A stretch of 64,000 bases of DNA. It comes from a virus. The stretch is from positions 28,520-92,519 of the IMG/VR virus record IMGVR_UViG_3300037876_000116; one strand, given 5' to 3'. How positions within the stretch are numbered: position 1 is the first letter of the stretch; every line of letters starts with the position of its first letter. Shown in pieces: positions 17,528-29,200 of the stretch. Below the pieces are notes generated by a model. That model made no database searches. It worked only from the letters and a program-made list of their open reading frames with translations, and was not told the DNA's origin. The position numbers and the translations under genes were made by a program.

Positions 17528-19333
17528 ATGGTAAAAAAATTTACACCACCAATAAAGTATACAGATAGAGATTTTCGTTCTATTAAACAATCTCTAATCG
17601 ATTATGCTAAAAAATATTACCCTAATACAGCGGCAGATTTTAATGAAGCATCATTTGGAGCTTTAATGATCGACATGGTTTCTTATGTTGGAGATGTGAT
17701 GTCTTTTTACCTAGATTACCAAGCTTCTGAATCTTTTATGGATTCGGCTATAGAATTCAACAACATTGTACGTCTAGCTAAACAAATGGGGTTCCAATAC
17801 AATCCAGAAGTCAGCGCTTTTGGTCCCGTCGCTTTATTTATAAAAGTACCCGCCAATGCTAATGGATTAGGACCAGATACTAGCTATATACCTGTCTTAA
17901 GAAGAAATACCAAGCTTGCATCGGATCAAACGGGTGTAAATTTTTTCTTAACCGATGATGTAGATTTTAATAATAGCGCAAATCAAACCATCGTTACAGA
18001 CGTGGATGCAACAACCGGAAACCCGACCTTTTATGCTGTCAAAGCATATGGAAATGTTATATCTGGAGATGTTGCAACTACAACTGTAGTGGTAGGCGAT
18101 TACACACCATACAAAAAATTCGAACTAGACACTCCATCAGTCGCTGAAATAATATCAGTTATAGACAGTGAAGGGAATGAATATTTTGAGGTTGATTATT
18201 TATCACAAGATTTAATATACACTAATGTTCTTAACGAAGGCGCAGACAAAGATTTAGCTCCAAGTTATCTTAAAGCAGTTTCTGTTCCTAGAAGATTTAT
18301 GTTAGAGTCGCGCTCCAATGGAGTTTCCATCCAATTCGGTGGCGGCGCGAATACTGATGCAATCGTCGCAAATGACAAAAAATTAGACCCTAGCAACGTA
18401 GCGTTAGAAATGTTCGCCAAAGATTATGTTTCAGATAGTTCATTTGACCCAACTATCCTGACAGAAAACAATACTTTAGGGATTGCACCTGCAAATACTA
18501 CTTTAACTATTACGTACAGAACTAACCTATCCAATACAATTAACATTGGTGTTGGAGACATAAAGAATATCGTTTTTAGTGATTTTAGATTTGCGAATGA
18601 AGAAATATTATCACTAGCATCTGTTCAATCAGTTATAACAAGCCTAGAAACCACCAACGAAGACGTCATTGTAGGCAAAGTCCAAGACATAAGCTCTGAA
18701 GAAATTAAAATGAGAGCGCTAGGCGTTTTTGCAACTCAAAACCGCGCCGTGACAAAACAAGATTATATATCTCTAACTTATTCTATGCCGGGTAAATTCG
18801 GTCACGTTAAAAGAGCGGCTATAAGGCAAGACAAAGATTCTTTTAAGAGAAATTTAAATTTGTTTGTCGTTTCAGAAGGATTAGAAGGCACTTTAACTAA
18901 AACTCCAACAACAATTAAAACTAACTTAAAAAATTGGTTATCTCAGTATAAGATGTTGAATGATACAATAGATATATTAGATGTTAATATACTTAATTTA
19001 CAAATAGATTATGAAGCGATAGCAGAGACAGATGTTAATAAATTCACAGTAAAAGATAATATCGCAACAGTTTTATCTAATTTCTTTTCTAGGGTTCCTG
19101 AAGTAGGCGAACCGCTCTACATAACAGATATTTACAATATTATGAACGAAACTCCAGGGGTCGCGGATATTAGCAATGTTGAAATAAATGTTAAAACCGG
19201 CGGCATATATTCAGATTACTTCATAAACTTAGAAGACTATAAATCACCCGATGGAAGATTAATTCAAATGCCTGAAGACGCCATATACGAAATAAGGTTT
19301 ATAGGAAACGATATCAGAGGAGTTGTTATATAA
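17528..19333 (+). CDS. Baseplate wedge protein, gp6-like
   Basis: YTDRDFRSIKQSL, FMDSA...NIVRLAKQMG, IQFG and QNRAVTKQDY motifs; follows gp25. Confidence 0.88.
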   Translation: MVKKFTPPIKYTDRDFRSIKQSLIDYAKKYYPNTAADFNEASFGALMIDMVSYVGDVMSFYLDYQASESFMDSAIEFNNIVRLAKQMGFQYNPEVSAFGPVALFIKVPANANGLGPDTSYIPVLRRNTKLASDQTGVNFFLTDDVDFNNSANQTIVTDVDATTGNPTFYAVKAYGNVISGDVATTTVVVGDYTPYKKFELDTPSVAEIISVIDSEGNEYFEVDYLSQDLIYTNVLNEGADKDLAPSYLKAVSVPRRFMLESRSNGVSIQFGGGANTDAIVANDKKLDPSNVALEMFAKDYVSDSSFDPTILTENNTLGIAPANTTLTITYRTNLSNTINIGVGDIKNIVFSDFRFANEEILSLASVQSVITSLETTNEDVIVGKVQDISSEEIKMRALGVFATQNRAVTKQDYISLTYSMPGKFGHVKRAAIRQDKDSFKRNLNLFVVSEGLEGTLTKTPTTIKTNLKNWLSQYKMLNDTIDILDVNILNLQIDYEAIAETDVNKFTVKDNIATVLSNFFSRVPEVGEPLYITDIYNIMNETPGVADISNVEINVKTGGIYSDYFINLEDYKSPDGRLIQMPEDAIYEIRFIGNDIRGVVI

Positions 19334-20865
19334 TGGCTATTAAAAGATATATTGCAACAAAAGATAATACAATTTCAGATGCATTCAAATCAAACTTGTC
19401 TGGCACCGCAACTGGTTCTAATATGGGCTTTTCTGATTCCTTAGAAGTATTTTCAATCTATGGTCAAGTCTCAGCCAGTACTGGTTATACAAAAGAACGC
19501 TCAAGAATTTTGATCAAGTTTCCTGTGACCGGGAATACGAGTATTGAAGCCGATAGGGATGCCGGATTAATACCTGTATCTGGAAATGTTAATTTTTATT
19601 TAAACATGTATAACGCTGTTACTCCTAACACGTTACCAAGAGACTTTACTTTAAATTTTTATGCAGTAGACCAAGCCTGGAATGAAGGCGACGGCTTAGA
19701 TATGGAAGAGTATAAAGACCTTGGGACCTCTAATTGGATTGACAGAATAGACAATACAGCTTGGGCTGTTACTGGAGCTTCTTTCCAGAAAACCTCTTCG
19801 GTTACTCCTTGGAAAGCTAATGCTTATTTTGAAAATGGAAATGAAAATATATCTGTTGATGTTACTCCATATGTGGAGCAATGGATTAAAGGAGCCGGAG
19901 GCGGCGGCTTTAACAACTATGGATTCCTTATCGCTCTTACTCCCACCGAAGAAAGTGCTTCTCAGTCTTATTATGATAAGAAGTTTTTTGCTCGCACCAG
20001 TGAGTATTTCTTTAAAAGACCTAACATTGAAGCGAGATGGAACAGTTCGGATACAGACAATAGAGGAAACTTTTATTATTCAAGCTCTCTAGCTGCTGCT
20101 GATAACAACATCAATACTCTTTACATGTACAACTATGTTAGAGGACAGTTGGAAGACATCCCTAATTTAGGAACAGATAAATATGTGTATGTTAGTCTTT
20201 TCTCGGGTTCTTTACAAAATGATGAACCTAGTGGAAGCGCTTTACAACTTTCGCCAGACAACAATTCAAGAGTCAGATCAACACATTTAACAGTAGTGAC
20301 TGGAGGAGTTATCTCTACCGGCATTTATACTGCTTCATTTGCCTTCACAGGTTCAACAGATCTTACTGATGTTTTTGATGTCTGGTTTACTGGGAGTCTT
20401 ACAACAACCGACGCCACCAATGCAACAATTCAATTCCATACAGGTAATATTGTTCCCAAAACTCTTGATTCTTCGAATATAAACCCCACAACACAGTACG
20501 TTACTAGTGTAACGAATCTTAAACCCTCTTACACTCCCAGCGAAGAACCAAAATTGAGAGTTTACACACGAAAAAAGAATTGGTCGCCAACAATATATAC
20601 CGTTGCAAATTCAGAAATACAAACAGACGTAATCGATAAGGCTTATTTTAGGATTGTAAGAGTTGTAGATGAATTAGAAGTTATTTCTTACGGCACCGGC
20701 AGCGACCAACAAACAAAACTTTCCTATGATGTTAGTGGAAATTATTTTAATTTAGACATGTCGTTGTTAGAAACTGGTTATATGTATGATTTAAAATTCG
20801 CATATTACTTAAACGGCGTCTACAAGGAACAACCAGAGACCTTCAAGTTTAGAGTGGAGGATTAA
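19333..20865 (+). CDS. Hypothetical baseplate/structural protein
   Basis: TAATG-coupled to gp6; beta-rich; dense in TGS/SGS/SGN motifs. Confidence 0.65.
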   Translation: MAIKRYIATKDNTISDAFKSNLSGTATGSNMGFSDSLEVFSIYGQVSASTGYTKERSRILIKFPVTGNTSIEADRDAGLIPVSGNVNFYLNMYNAVTPNTLPRDFTLNFYAVDQAWNEGDGLDMEEYKDLGTSNWIDRIDNTAWAVTGASFQKTSSVTPWKANAYFENGNENISVDVTPYVEQWIKGAGGGGFNNYGFLIALTPTEESASQSYYDKKFFARTSEYFFKRPNIEARWNSSDTDNRGNFYYSSSLAAADNNINTLYMYNYVRGQLEDIPNLGTDKYVYVSLFSGSLQNDEPSGSALQLSPDNNSRVRSTHLTVVTGGVISTGIYTASFAFTGSTDLTDVFDVWFTGSLTTTDATNATIQFHTGNIVPKTLDSSNINPTTQYVTSVTNLKPSYTPSEEPKLRVYTRKKNWSPTIYTVANSEIQTDVIDKAYFRIVRVVDELEVISYGTGSDQQTKLSYDVSGNYFNLDMSLLETGYMYDLKFAYYLNGVYKEQPETFKFRVED

Positions 20866-20867
20866 AA

Positions 20868-23800
20868 GTGTCGATAAAAGACTTATTTAATGACATAGAA
20901 AAAGTTAATGTTTCCACTACCGCTTCAAACCCTCAGATCTTAAGTTTTAATGAGGAACTAGAGTCCTCTAACTACGCTTTTGAAGTAAACAAAGACAAGA
21001 AAAGATTTGTTCCTAATGTTGATTTTTCAAAGCCTGAAAATTTTGCTCGCTACGGCTCCGCAGAAGAGTACTATAAAAAAGCCATTGAGTGGATTTATGG
21101 ATACTATCCCTATGATGGCTCACTGAAAGATAAAGAAGCATGGCATAACAGCGCATCTTATCTTGAAAACTATGTCTTTGAAAGTCAATATCCTAGAACT
21201 AACGGATATGCTCTCTTGTGTGCCGATGGTTGGGGAACCCAAGCTTCAACTGCCGGTGGATATGGACTTCCCAATGATTTGGAATACATATCTTTTAAAA
21301 GTGGACCTCATGAAAAAAATATATGGGACGCTTCAAAAAACAGAGAAGAAAACTTAAAATTTGATATAACCAACAACGGTGCAACTGTAGAGTTTTGGTT
21401 GAAAAAAAACGCATATGCTAACGGATTGACAGATAGAGAGGTTGTTTTTGACCTGTGGAATAGCGAAGCGAGCAATCAACATGATTATGGTCGCTTGAGA
21501 ATAGAACTCTCTGGAACCTCACCCGGCGCAGCTTTTCGGGTAACAGTTCTTTCTGGAACTTCTGGAGCCCATAATGTTCCCGTTGGAGAAACCGTAACTC
21601 CAGCAGTCGTTGCAGATGGTAATTGGGCTCACTATGCTTTTACTTTGGGCAATAAAGATGGCTCGTTAGAAATAGAAATGTACCGAAATGGTGCATTTGT
21701 CGAAACTGTTCTCACAGGAAGCAGAACTGGTCATGTTACTGGCTCTATATACGCTTACGTTGGCGCAAACACCACCGCTCCAAAACACACATCAGCAGCA
21801 GTAGGTTCAGGTAAGCTATCTGGCTCTTTGGACGATTTTAGGTATTGGAAAACTAAAAGAACAGCGAGAGACATTGGAAGATATTACATATCACAAGTCG
21901 GCGGCGGAGCAAATACAGACGATGCAACGACCGATCTAGGGGTATATTTTAAATTTAATGAAGGTATTACAACAACTGCCTCAGTAGACAGTGTTGTGCT
22001 TGACTACTCAGGTCGCCTGAGTAACGGAGCATGGACAGGGTACGATACCTACTCTAGAAGTACAGGCTCTGCAATGGTTCTTTCTGGAAAAACAACTTTT
22101 GAGTTCAAAGACCCAATCATATATTCAAATCATCCAGAGGTTTCTTCTTTATTGACCTCAAAGCAAGAGATAGGAGAAATACACGATATTTCTAATCCCA
22201 CTAGCATCTACAAATCAATGCCCGCTTGGATACTAGAAGATGATGAAAATTCAGGATCTCAATTAAAATATTTAACTCAAATAATGGGTAACTATTTTGA
22301 CGAATTGTACAATCAAATAGAAAACTTGCCGAGCCTAAAAAATATTAATTTCCCTTCTTCTAGCGCAACGACTGGAAGTTTCAAACCTTATCCGTTTTCC
22401 GACAGACTTCTTACTTCTCACGGTGTTAAATTACCTGAACTTTTTGTTGACTCAACAGTTTTAGAACACTTCTCTTCAAGAAATGAAGAAATAAAATATG
22501 AAGAAAAAATTTATAATGTTAAAAACTTAATTTACCAAAACATATATAATAACTTATCTTATATTTACAAGTCCAAGGGTACAACTAAATCAATAAACAA
22601 TTTAATACGTGCATTTGGGGCAAATGAAGATGTTATTAGCGTCAATGTCTACGCCCAAAATTTAGAGTCAGAATTAAGAAAAAACATAGTTCAAAGAACA
22701 ATAAGAAAGAAAGTTTTTGATTTTAATAACTTTAACAGAACCGATGCTACGATCTTTCAATTCCAAACAGGCTCAGGGACAACTTCTTTTATCTCGGGCG
22801 CACCTGTAAATTCATTAGCTATTCCAACCACTATTGAATGTGAAGTTATTTTTCCTAAAAAAGCTCCTTCTTTAAGCCCTAAAAGCTACAGTTACAATAA
22901 TTTAACATCCTCAATCTTCGGACAGCACACAGCCGTCCCAACCGTTGCGATAGATAATCTTTTGTGGGCAACAAATGATGTTTCTGCTTTACAAGTTTAC
23001 GCTGTTAGACCTAATACTAACTCTAAAAATGCATATTTTATATTAACTGGTTCAAATATCTCTCCTTTGACGACGGATGTTTTTGATAATGTTTATGATA
23101 ATGAGAAGTGGAATTTTGCAGTTCGCTTTAGACCAGAAAATGAGATGCTAGGTGATTTAGTTTTTTCTGGCTCTTCCGACGATTATAAAATAGAGTTTTA
23201 CGGCGTTAGCCAAAGGTTCGGTACTGTCACTAATGAATTTTTATTAACCACTAACAACCTCACTAATGCATTTGGAAGAGAGTTTACGAACGCTCCAAAA
23301 AGATTATATGCTGGCGCACATCGTACTAACTTTACTGGCACATTGCTTCAGCCAACTGACGTAAAGGTTTCTAACCTAAGATATTGGTTTTCCTATCTAG
23401 ACAACGATGTTATAAAAGATCACGCTACTAATATGTATGGCTATGGACCTGAGAGTCCATACAAAAATCAAAGCTATAATCTTCTTGCCCTATCTTCATC
23501 TTACATACCTTACTTAGAAACATTAGCGTTAAACTGGGACTTTAGAGTTGTATCTTCTTCCGCAGACGCCTCTGGAAGATTTTTGGTTGATGACTTCTCC
23601 TCGGGCTCTGCTGAACTCCGCAATAGATATGGATGGCTTGGAGCAGTTACTAAACAGCTTTATTCAGGTAGAGCAGACTTTTTAACTGCGAACGAAACCG
23701 ATGTATGTATTAATGATTATATTTTTACTACCAAGAACAGGCTTCCTGAACAATTTAATAGCGATGATATGATCTCTATTGGAGAAGATGCAGATAAAGT

Positions 23801-26270
23801 TTTTACTAAAGACACCAGACCAGTAGATTATTTCTTTTCTATTGAAAGCAGTTTGTATCGAGTAATTTCTGAAGAAATTGTAAATATATTCGCTTCTGTT
23901 TTAGATTTTAACAATCTTATTGGCGAGCCAGTCAATAAATACAGAAAAAATTATAAAGATCTTGATAAGCTACGACAACTCTTCTTTGAAAGGGTTAGAA
24001 ATGAACCGGACACAGAAAGATATTTTGATTATTTTATTCATGTAGATTCTTTTATACAACAGATGCTAGAGCAATTGATTCCTGCTTCTTCTAACGTATC
24101 CGATTCTATTTTAAACATTGTAGAAAGCCATGTATTAGAAAGAAATAAGTATGAGCACAAGTTTCCTTATGTAAAACAACGTGTCCCTCAAGCTCTTGAA
24201 GACCCAAGCTCTGTATCAGCCGCCGCCGCTTTAACTTTTGATTGGGAAAATTCCCACAACCCAGCAGCAACAAAACCAAACGATGAATCAGTGAATTGTT
24301 TTTATTGGAAAAATCTTGCCGACCGAGGCGGCGCAGCAATAACCTCCGGCGATACCACAATCGATTCACAAAGAAATACATTTAAAGATATTATTTCTTC
24401 TGCTTTGGTTCCTCTTAAAAACCAGCTTCAAGAATTGAAGCCACCAGTTTACATGTTCAAGAGCACCAAGCTTGATGACTTAGGTGGAGGACCAAATTTA
24501 AAATTTAATAATCTTTTTGGCTTTCACAAAGAAGCTATAAAGTTTAATAGCGATGATTATTACATTAAATTTCCTTTTTCCTCTATCGAACCACCCAAGA
24601 AATGTGACGAAGACAAAACCCCAGTAGAATTAATTAAAACTCCGTCTGTGTTGAAAGCAAGCACTGTAGTCAGAGGCGAAACTGTAGATTCAGGTGATTA
24701 TTCAGATGGAGACGCTAATTTATTTTTACCTTTCACTATCTTCTCGTCGTCAGTCAGTACAGGATATCGAGGAGCCATATCCAGCGATATAAGTGCTTCT
24801 TTTGAAAATATGCACAGAGATGTGATAGGCAGAAATACTCAAAACCCGCTGCAAGGACCTTTTACTCAAAAATATGTCGGAGGGTTGCAATATAGACACG
24901 CACCTCTAAACTATAGTTCTTCAGCTAGATCGTTGGACACTCCGACTTCACGGGCAGAAGGCTGGTTCATACAAACTCCAATCGCCGCAGGCACCGAGTT
25001 AAGCCTCCTGAGCGAATCTTTCGGAGCTTCTGACCCTGTGGGCTGGACTAATGTAGGAAGTACCGCTACAGGACCTTCTGGGTGGATTCTAACGCATTCT
25101 GGACCGACTCCTTCTGTAGGAACTGGTCCAGATTCCGCATTTGACGGAACTTACTACGCTTATGCGGAAACTTCAACTCCAAATCACCCTGCCTCGGTTT
25201 TTGGTCTGGTAACACCCATGTTAGACGCAGATGATGTAGCAGGACCAGATTTCAGCGCCTCTTTTTATTATCACATGCACGGCGTAAATGTGGGTAATTT
25301 AAAAATTCAACATTCTCAAGATCCGTCTTTTTTGTCATCAGTCACCGATTTAACTGTTAACTGGGACGGATCTAACGCAACATTTATTGCTGGACAGCAG
25401 CAAGCTAATGCTACTGATGCCTACAAACAAGCAAAAATAGACTTGACTTCTTATGCTGGCACAGAATTTTATCTTCGCTTTCTTTATGCTGGCGGCATCA
25501 CTTATCTTTCTGATGTTGCACTCGATGCTATTGAGATATCAGGTACTTCGGGCGGTTCAGTTTTCAAACTTTTAGACCCAGCTTACGACAATCCTGATAA
25601 AATGAGAGCGGTATATTATCGTGATGAAGTTGCGAAAAGACCATTAAATATAAAAAATATACAAATGGTAACTGGCTCCCCAACAGTAATAGGAAACTAT
25701 TCTAACAATTATGAAGTAGTAAATATCCCTGGTAGAGATGTGAACAATCTTTGGTTTGTGCAGAACAGCGGCTCTGTAGCATCTTTAACTGCCCAATCAG
25801 AGTTCTTATCAGGAAATGTTGACTTTTCTTTAGCAAACCGCAACACTTTAAAAAATGGGAGCAAGAATAAAACTGTAATAGCAGAGCGTTTTTCAGCCCC
25901 AGGTGGACCTGAAGTCATGAGTCGCGGCTTCTTGGATGTTGCTTCAGAAACATATTCAGTTTATAATTGTCTTAACTATCGAAACTCCACAGTAAGAAAC
26001 AACTTAAATATATGGGAAAAACATCATAGTATATGGGGAGGCTATGATGGAGTGTACGGAGCCCCAACGGCTTCATTCCATAAAGTACAAAGAAACACTG
26101 GTCTAAGAATTGAGTGGAGCGGGGCGAATTCAGTTAGTGATACTAATTTACGATATCAAAACGTGGTTACAGCATCTTACTATGATAATGGATTTATTTC
26201 TCACCAGATTCCTCAAACAAGTGCTGGATATGCTTGGATTTCAGGATCTCTTACTGGCTCTATAATTTGA
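20868..26270 (+). CDS. Large baseplate/fibre protein (1800 aa) with LamG/concanavalin-A domains and a MAM domain
   Basis: TVEFWL, WAHYAFT and GSLDDFRYWK (LamG); YKSKGT..SI..L (gp7-like wedge motif); GPTPSVGTGP..YAYAETS..FYYHMHG..DVALDAIEI (MAM). GTG start after GGAGG. Confidence 0.75.
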   Translation: MSIKDLFNDIEKVNVSTTASNPQILSFNEELESSNYAFEVNKDKKRFVPNVDFSKPENFARYGSAEEYYKKAIEWIYGYYPYDGSLKDKEAWHNSASYLENYVFESQYPRTNGYALLCADGWGTQASTAGGYGLPNDLEYISFKSGPHEKNIWDASKNREENLKFDITNNGATVEFWLKKNAYANGLTDREVVFDLWNSEASNQHDYGRLRIELSGTSPGAAFRVTVLSGTSGAHNVPVGETVTPAVVADGNWAHYAFTLGNKDGSLEIEMYRNGAFVETVLTGSRTGHVTGSIYAYVGANTTAPKHTSAAVGSGKLSGSLDDFRYWKTKRTARDIGRYYISQVGGGANTDDATTDLGVYFKFNEGITTTASVDSVVLDYSGRLSNGAWTGYDTYSRSTGSAMVLSGKTTFEFKDPIIYSNHPEVSSLLTSKQEIGEIHDISNPTSIYKSMPAWILEDDENSGSQLKYLTQIMGNYFDELYNQIENLPSLKNINFPSSSATTGSFKPYPFSDRLLTSHGVKLPELFVDSTVLEHFSSRNEEIKYEEKIYNVKNLIYQNIYNNLSYIYKSKGTTKSINNLIRAFGANEDVISVNVYAQNLESELRKNIVQRTIRKKVFDFNNFNRTDATIFQFQTGSGTTSFISGAPVNSLAIPTTIECEVIFPKKAPSLSPKSYSYNNLTSSIFGQHTAVPTVAIDNLLWATNDVSALQVYAVRPNTNSKNAYFILTGSNISPLTTDVFDNVYDNEKWNFAVRFRPENEMLGDLVFSGSSDDYKIEFYGVSQRFGTVTNEFLLTTNNLTNAFGREFTNAPKRLYAGAHRTNFTGTLLQPTDVKVSNLRYWFSYLDNDVIKDHATNMYGYGPESPYKNQSYNLLALSSSYIPYLETLALNWDFRVVSSSADASGRFLVDDFSSGSAELRNRYGWLGAVTKQLYSGRADFLTANETDVCINDYIFTTKNRLPEQFNSDDMISIGEDADKVFTKDTRPVDYFFSIESSLYRVISEEIVNIFASVLDFNNLIGEPVNKYRKNYKDLDKLRQLFFERVRNEPDTERYFDYFIHVDSFIQQMLEQLIPASSNVSDSILNIVESHVLERNKYEHKFPYVKQRVPQALEDPSSVSAAAALTFDWENSHNPAATKPNDESVNCFYWKNLADRGGAAITSGDTTIDSQRNTFKDIISSALVPLKNQLQELKPPVYMFKSTKLDDLGGGPNLKFNNLFGFHKEAIKFNSDDYYIKFPFSSIEPPKKCDEDKTPVELIKTPSVLKASTVVRGETVDSGDYSDGDANLFLPFTIFSSSVSTGYRGAISSDISASFENMHRDVIGRNTQNPLQGPFTQKYVGGLQYRHAPLNYSSSARSLDTPTSRAEGWFIQTPIAAGTELSLLSESFGASDPVGWTNVGSTATGPSGWILTHSGPTPSVGTGPDSAFDGTYYAYAETSTPNHPASVFGLVTPMLDADDVAGPDFSASFYYHMHGVNVGNLKIQHSQDPSFLSSVTDLTVNWDGSNATFIAGQQQANATDAYKQAKIDLTSYAGTEFYLRFLYAGGITYLSDVALDAIEISGTSGGSVFKLLDPAYDNPDKMRAVYYRDEVAKRPLNIKNIQMVTGSPTVIGNYSNNYEVVNIPGRDVNNLWFVQNSGSVASLTAQSEFLSGNVDFSLANRNTLKNGSKNKTVIAERFSAPGGPEVMSRGFLDVASETYSVYNCLNYRNSTVRNNLNIWEKHHSIWGGYDGVYGAPTASFHKVQRNTGLRIEWSGANSVSDTNLRYQNVVTASYYDNGFISHQIPQTSAGYAWISGSLTGSII

Positions 26271-26294
26271 AGCCCACAACTAATTAAATATACG

Positions 26295-29200
26295 ATGAAT
26301 AATGAGAACTTAACATTTTTAAGCGCAAGCAATCTTGGTAGTTATTTACAAGTCCCATCTCCAGGTACTCATTTAAGGTATTATAGTACCAATTTTACTA
26401 AAGATGGCTTTATATTTAACGACTTTGTTGGTTTAAACACAAACATATATGATCCGCTTGACGCAAGTGAAAGCCTTCTGGGATACCCGCAACAAACAGT
26501 GACTGATTTCCTTAATTATGATTACCAAGGCGGTCTTATCTACGGCTTATCTCTGTTGGCTGATGATGACTATCCTTTCCGTGCAGGCACTATCTTAAAC
26601 GGACTTATTCACCATCGTCAAGGTCCCTACGGTTGGCCAACTTGGAAACAGATTAGAGGGAACGAACACCCTTTATCTCGTTACTGGAGAAAAAATAATG
26701 TGTTTTCTTATGGTCAAAAAACCTCTACAAACAAAGCAGTTTTTAGTAAAAATACAAATCAAGATAAATTTTCTTCTACTGATGTTAGATATCAAGAGAT
26801 AGCCCCAGCCTTATGTTCTAGATATAAAGCCTTAGAGCACAATTTTATAGTTGAACAAGATCACAAAAACACAAATTTATTTTTAAAACATTCATATGGA
26901 AATATAGAATCTCATTATTCAAGCGAAAAAATTAATTTTTATTTGGTTTTCCCCGAGTCTTCTAATGAAAATATAAATCCCATATATGACGATCTTAAGA
27001 AGATTTATATTACAAAAGATTTTGCTTATAATACTGATGCTGAGAACCCCTACGGCAAACAAGTACCTTTTAAATTGTGGAAAAGTTTTATTTATTCTGA
27101 AAATGTCTTCCCTAGAGAGAGAAATTCTTATTTAGCTAAAACAAGAAAAAGAACAAAATACGCAGAAGTAGCAGGAACTGGACCTAATGGTTATGACAAG
27201 AGAGATTTTAGAACTTTCTGGAAAAGCTCCCTCATTGATAGAAACTTAAGAACTCCCCATGAAGCTATAAACTCCCAAGATTACACAGTTTTTGATATTT
27301 TAAGTGTCTGGTCATTAGACACGGACCTACCTACAGGATCAGATGGCTTTAGAGATGTTTTAGGAGAACTCCAGACTGGGCTTGGATATTACAGTACCCA
27401 GCAAACCGATTGGTCTTGGTGTCCATATACAGCTTCTATAGTGTTTCATCGCACTCCTATACAACACGGAGTTCCACCCCAAAGATTCGATCAGTGGACC
27501 TATAATGTCCCTTACTACGCTACAAATTTAATATCTTCTAAAAGTCCATTTTTTAATTCTTATGAAGATTTTATTGAAGATGTTAGAGGACTTGGAAAAG
27601 GGTATTCTATTATTCCAGAGTTCAAGATTTCAGATCATATGGATTATTATGTCAAGCAAAAGGACGGTAATTTTTTAGCTAAAAATGATAAGTTTTTATC
27701 TTTGCCAGGAGCCAATATAACATCTAGCGTCAATGTAGCCAACACTGAAGACTCAGGATTGAATGAACAATTCTTTTTAGATTACTCTAATAGTGATTTT
27801 ATGAAATATTTTTCCAAGTTTGGCTCTGATCATAAAAAAGAAACAATAGATTCTTACAATTTCAAGGTTAAAGGAATAAAAAAATTGCTTCCTTACCGAG
27901 GTTTTTATCCTAGCGAGCGTGTCGTCCAGCTAGGAACTATTTTATCACAATCTTTTGGCGATCAACTGTCTGGAACCTTTGGTGATCGCGGTGCTGGATT
28001 CACAGTTAGTTCTGCACAGAACATTGCATTAAACGCATTTTTAAGACAAATAATAAGCCCTGGAGTTGTGTGCAACTCTTTGAAATCAGGCATCGCTGTT
28101 GATTTTCCTGCACTAACTGGAAATATTGGGGGTTCAGTTGCTATTGAATACGGCGTAAAACCTTCAGGGAACATAGGGTACTGGGTAAACAATTTTAATT
28201 ATAGATTTCCCTTCGAAGCAGCCATCGAGCCTCATGCATATTTTCCTCCAACAGGGACTCAAGACCATAGTGTTCACATTGGCGAGCCTGTTAAAGTTGG
28301 AAGCAACATCTATCCAGCAAATACAACTTGGTTAGGTAGTTACTCCGAGCTATACACCATGGCTGCAAATAACTTTTTTGGAGAGATACCTAAATTTTTC
28401 TTAAAAGATCAAAAATTAACCACGTTTACATCGAATAGAGAATCAGAATTTAAAAGCGTTGAATCTGGAAAATCTTATTTTATGGATGTTATCTTAAAAA
28501 GAACTGATGATATGGTTTTATGTGAAGGGCAATACCAACCAACTTCTACTCCTTATACTGGATCTTTACAGAGAGGTTCTATTTATGGTCCACCAGTAAG
28601 TTCCTCTTGGGCAAATGATGTAAATGGCTCAAATCTTACCGATCCAGCTTATGCTGCATTTACTCCTCCATATTTTTACGAAGATTCTTTAGCTCGTATC
28701 TTATATATCCCTGCTTCTTCAGGACAACCCACACTTAGCGATATTCTCTCTCAAGCAAAAATAGAAACAGTATATTCTGGTTCATCTGTTTTCCTTGGGC
28801 TTAACGACACCGCTTCTAAAAACAAGATGGCAGTCTCTGCATCTGTAAACTTATTTCAAAAAGGAAAATCTTTAGAGACAATTTACGATGCTGCTGGTAA
28901 TATCCTTGAGTATAGAGAATCGAAAGACTCTACTTTTGATTTTTGGTCTATTGGAACAAAGTTTGAATGCCCTAACATTAATTTTAGTGCGTCCACTGAT
29001 TACCATAGTCCCTCTACAGGCAGGGGCTTGTGGGGCGGATATGGAACACTCCCCACTGGATCTACAGGTGTATTTTTAGAACTTAGAGAGTCTTTTAAAG
29101 AATTTGCAACAAACTCTATGCAATCGAATACAGGTTCTTTGATTGACGTGTGCGGATTTAAAGCTGCTAATAAGCGTGTAGGAACGGTTTCAGGAGATAA

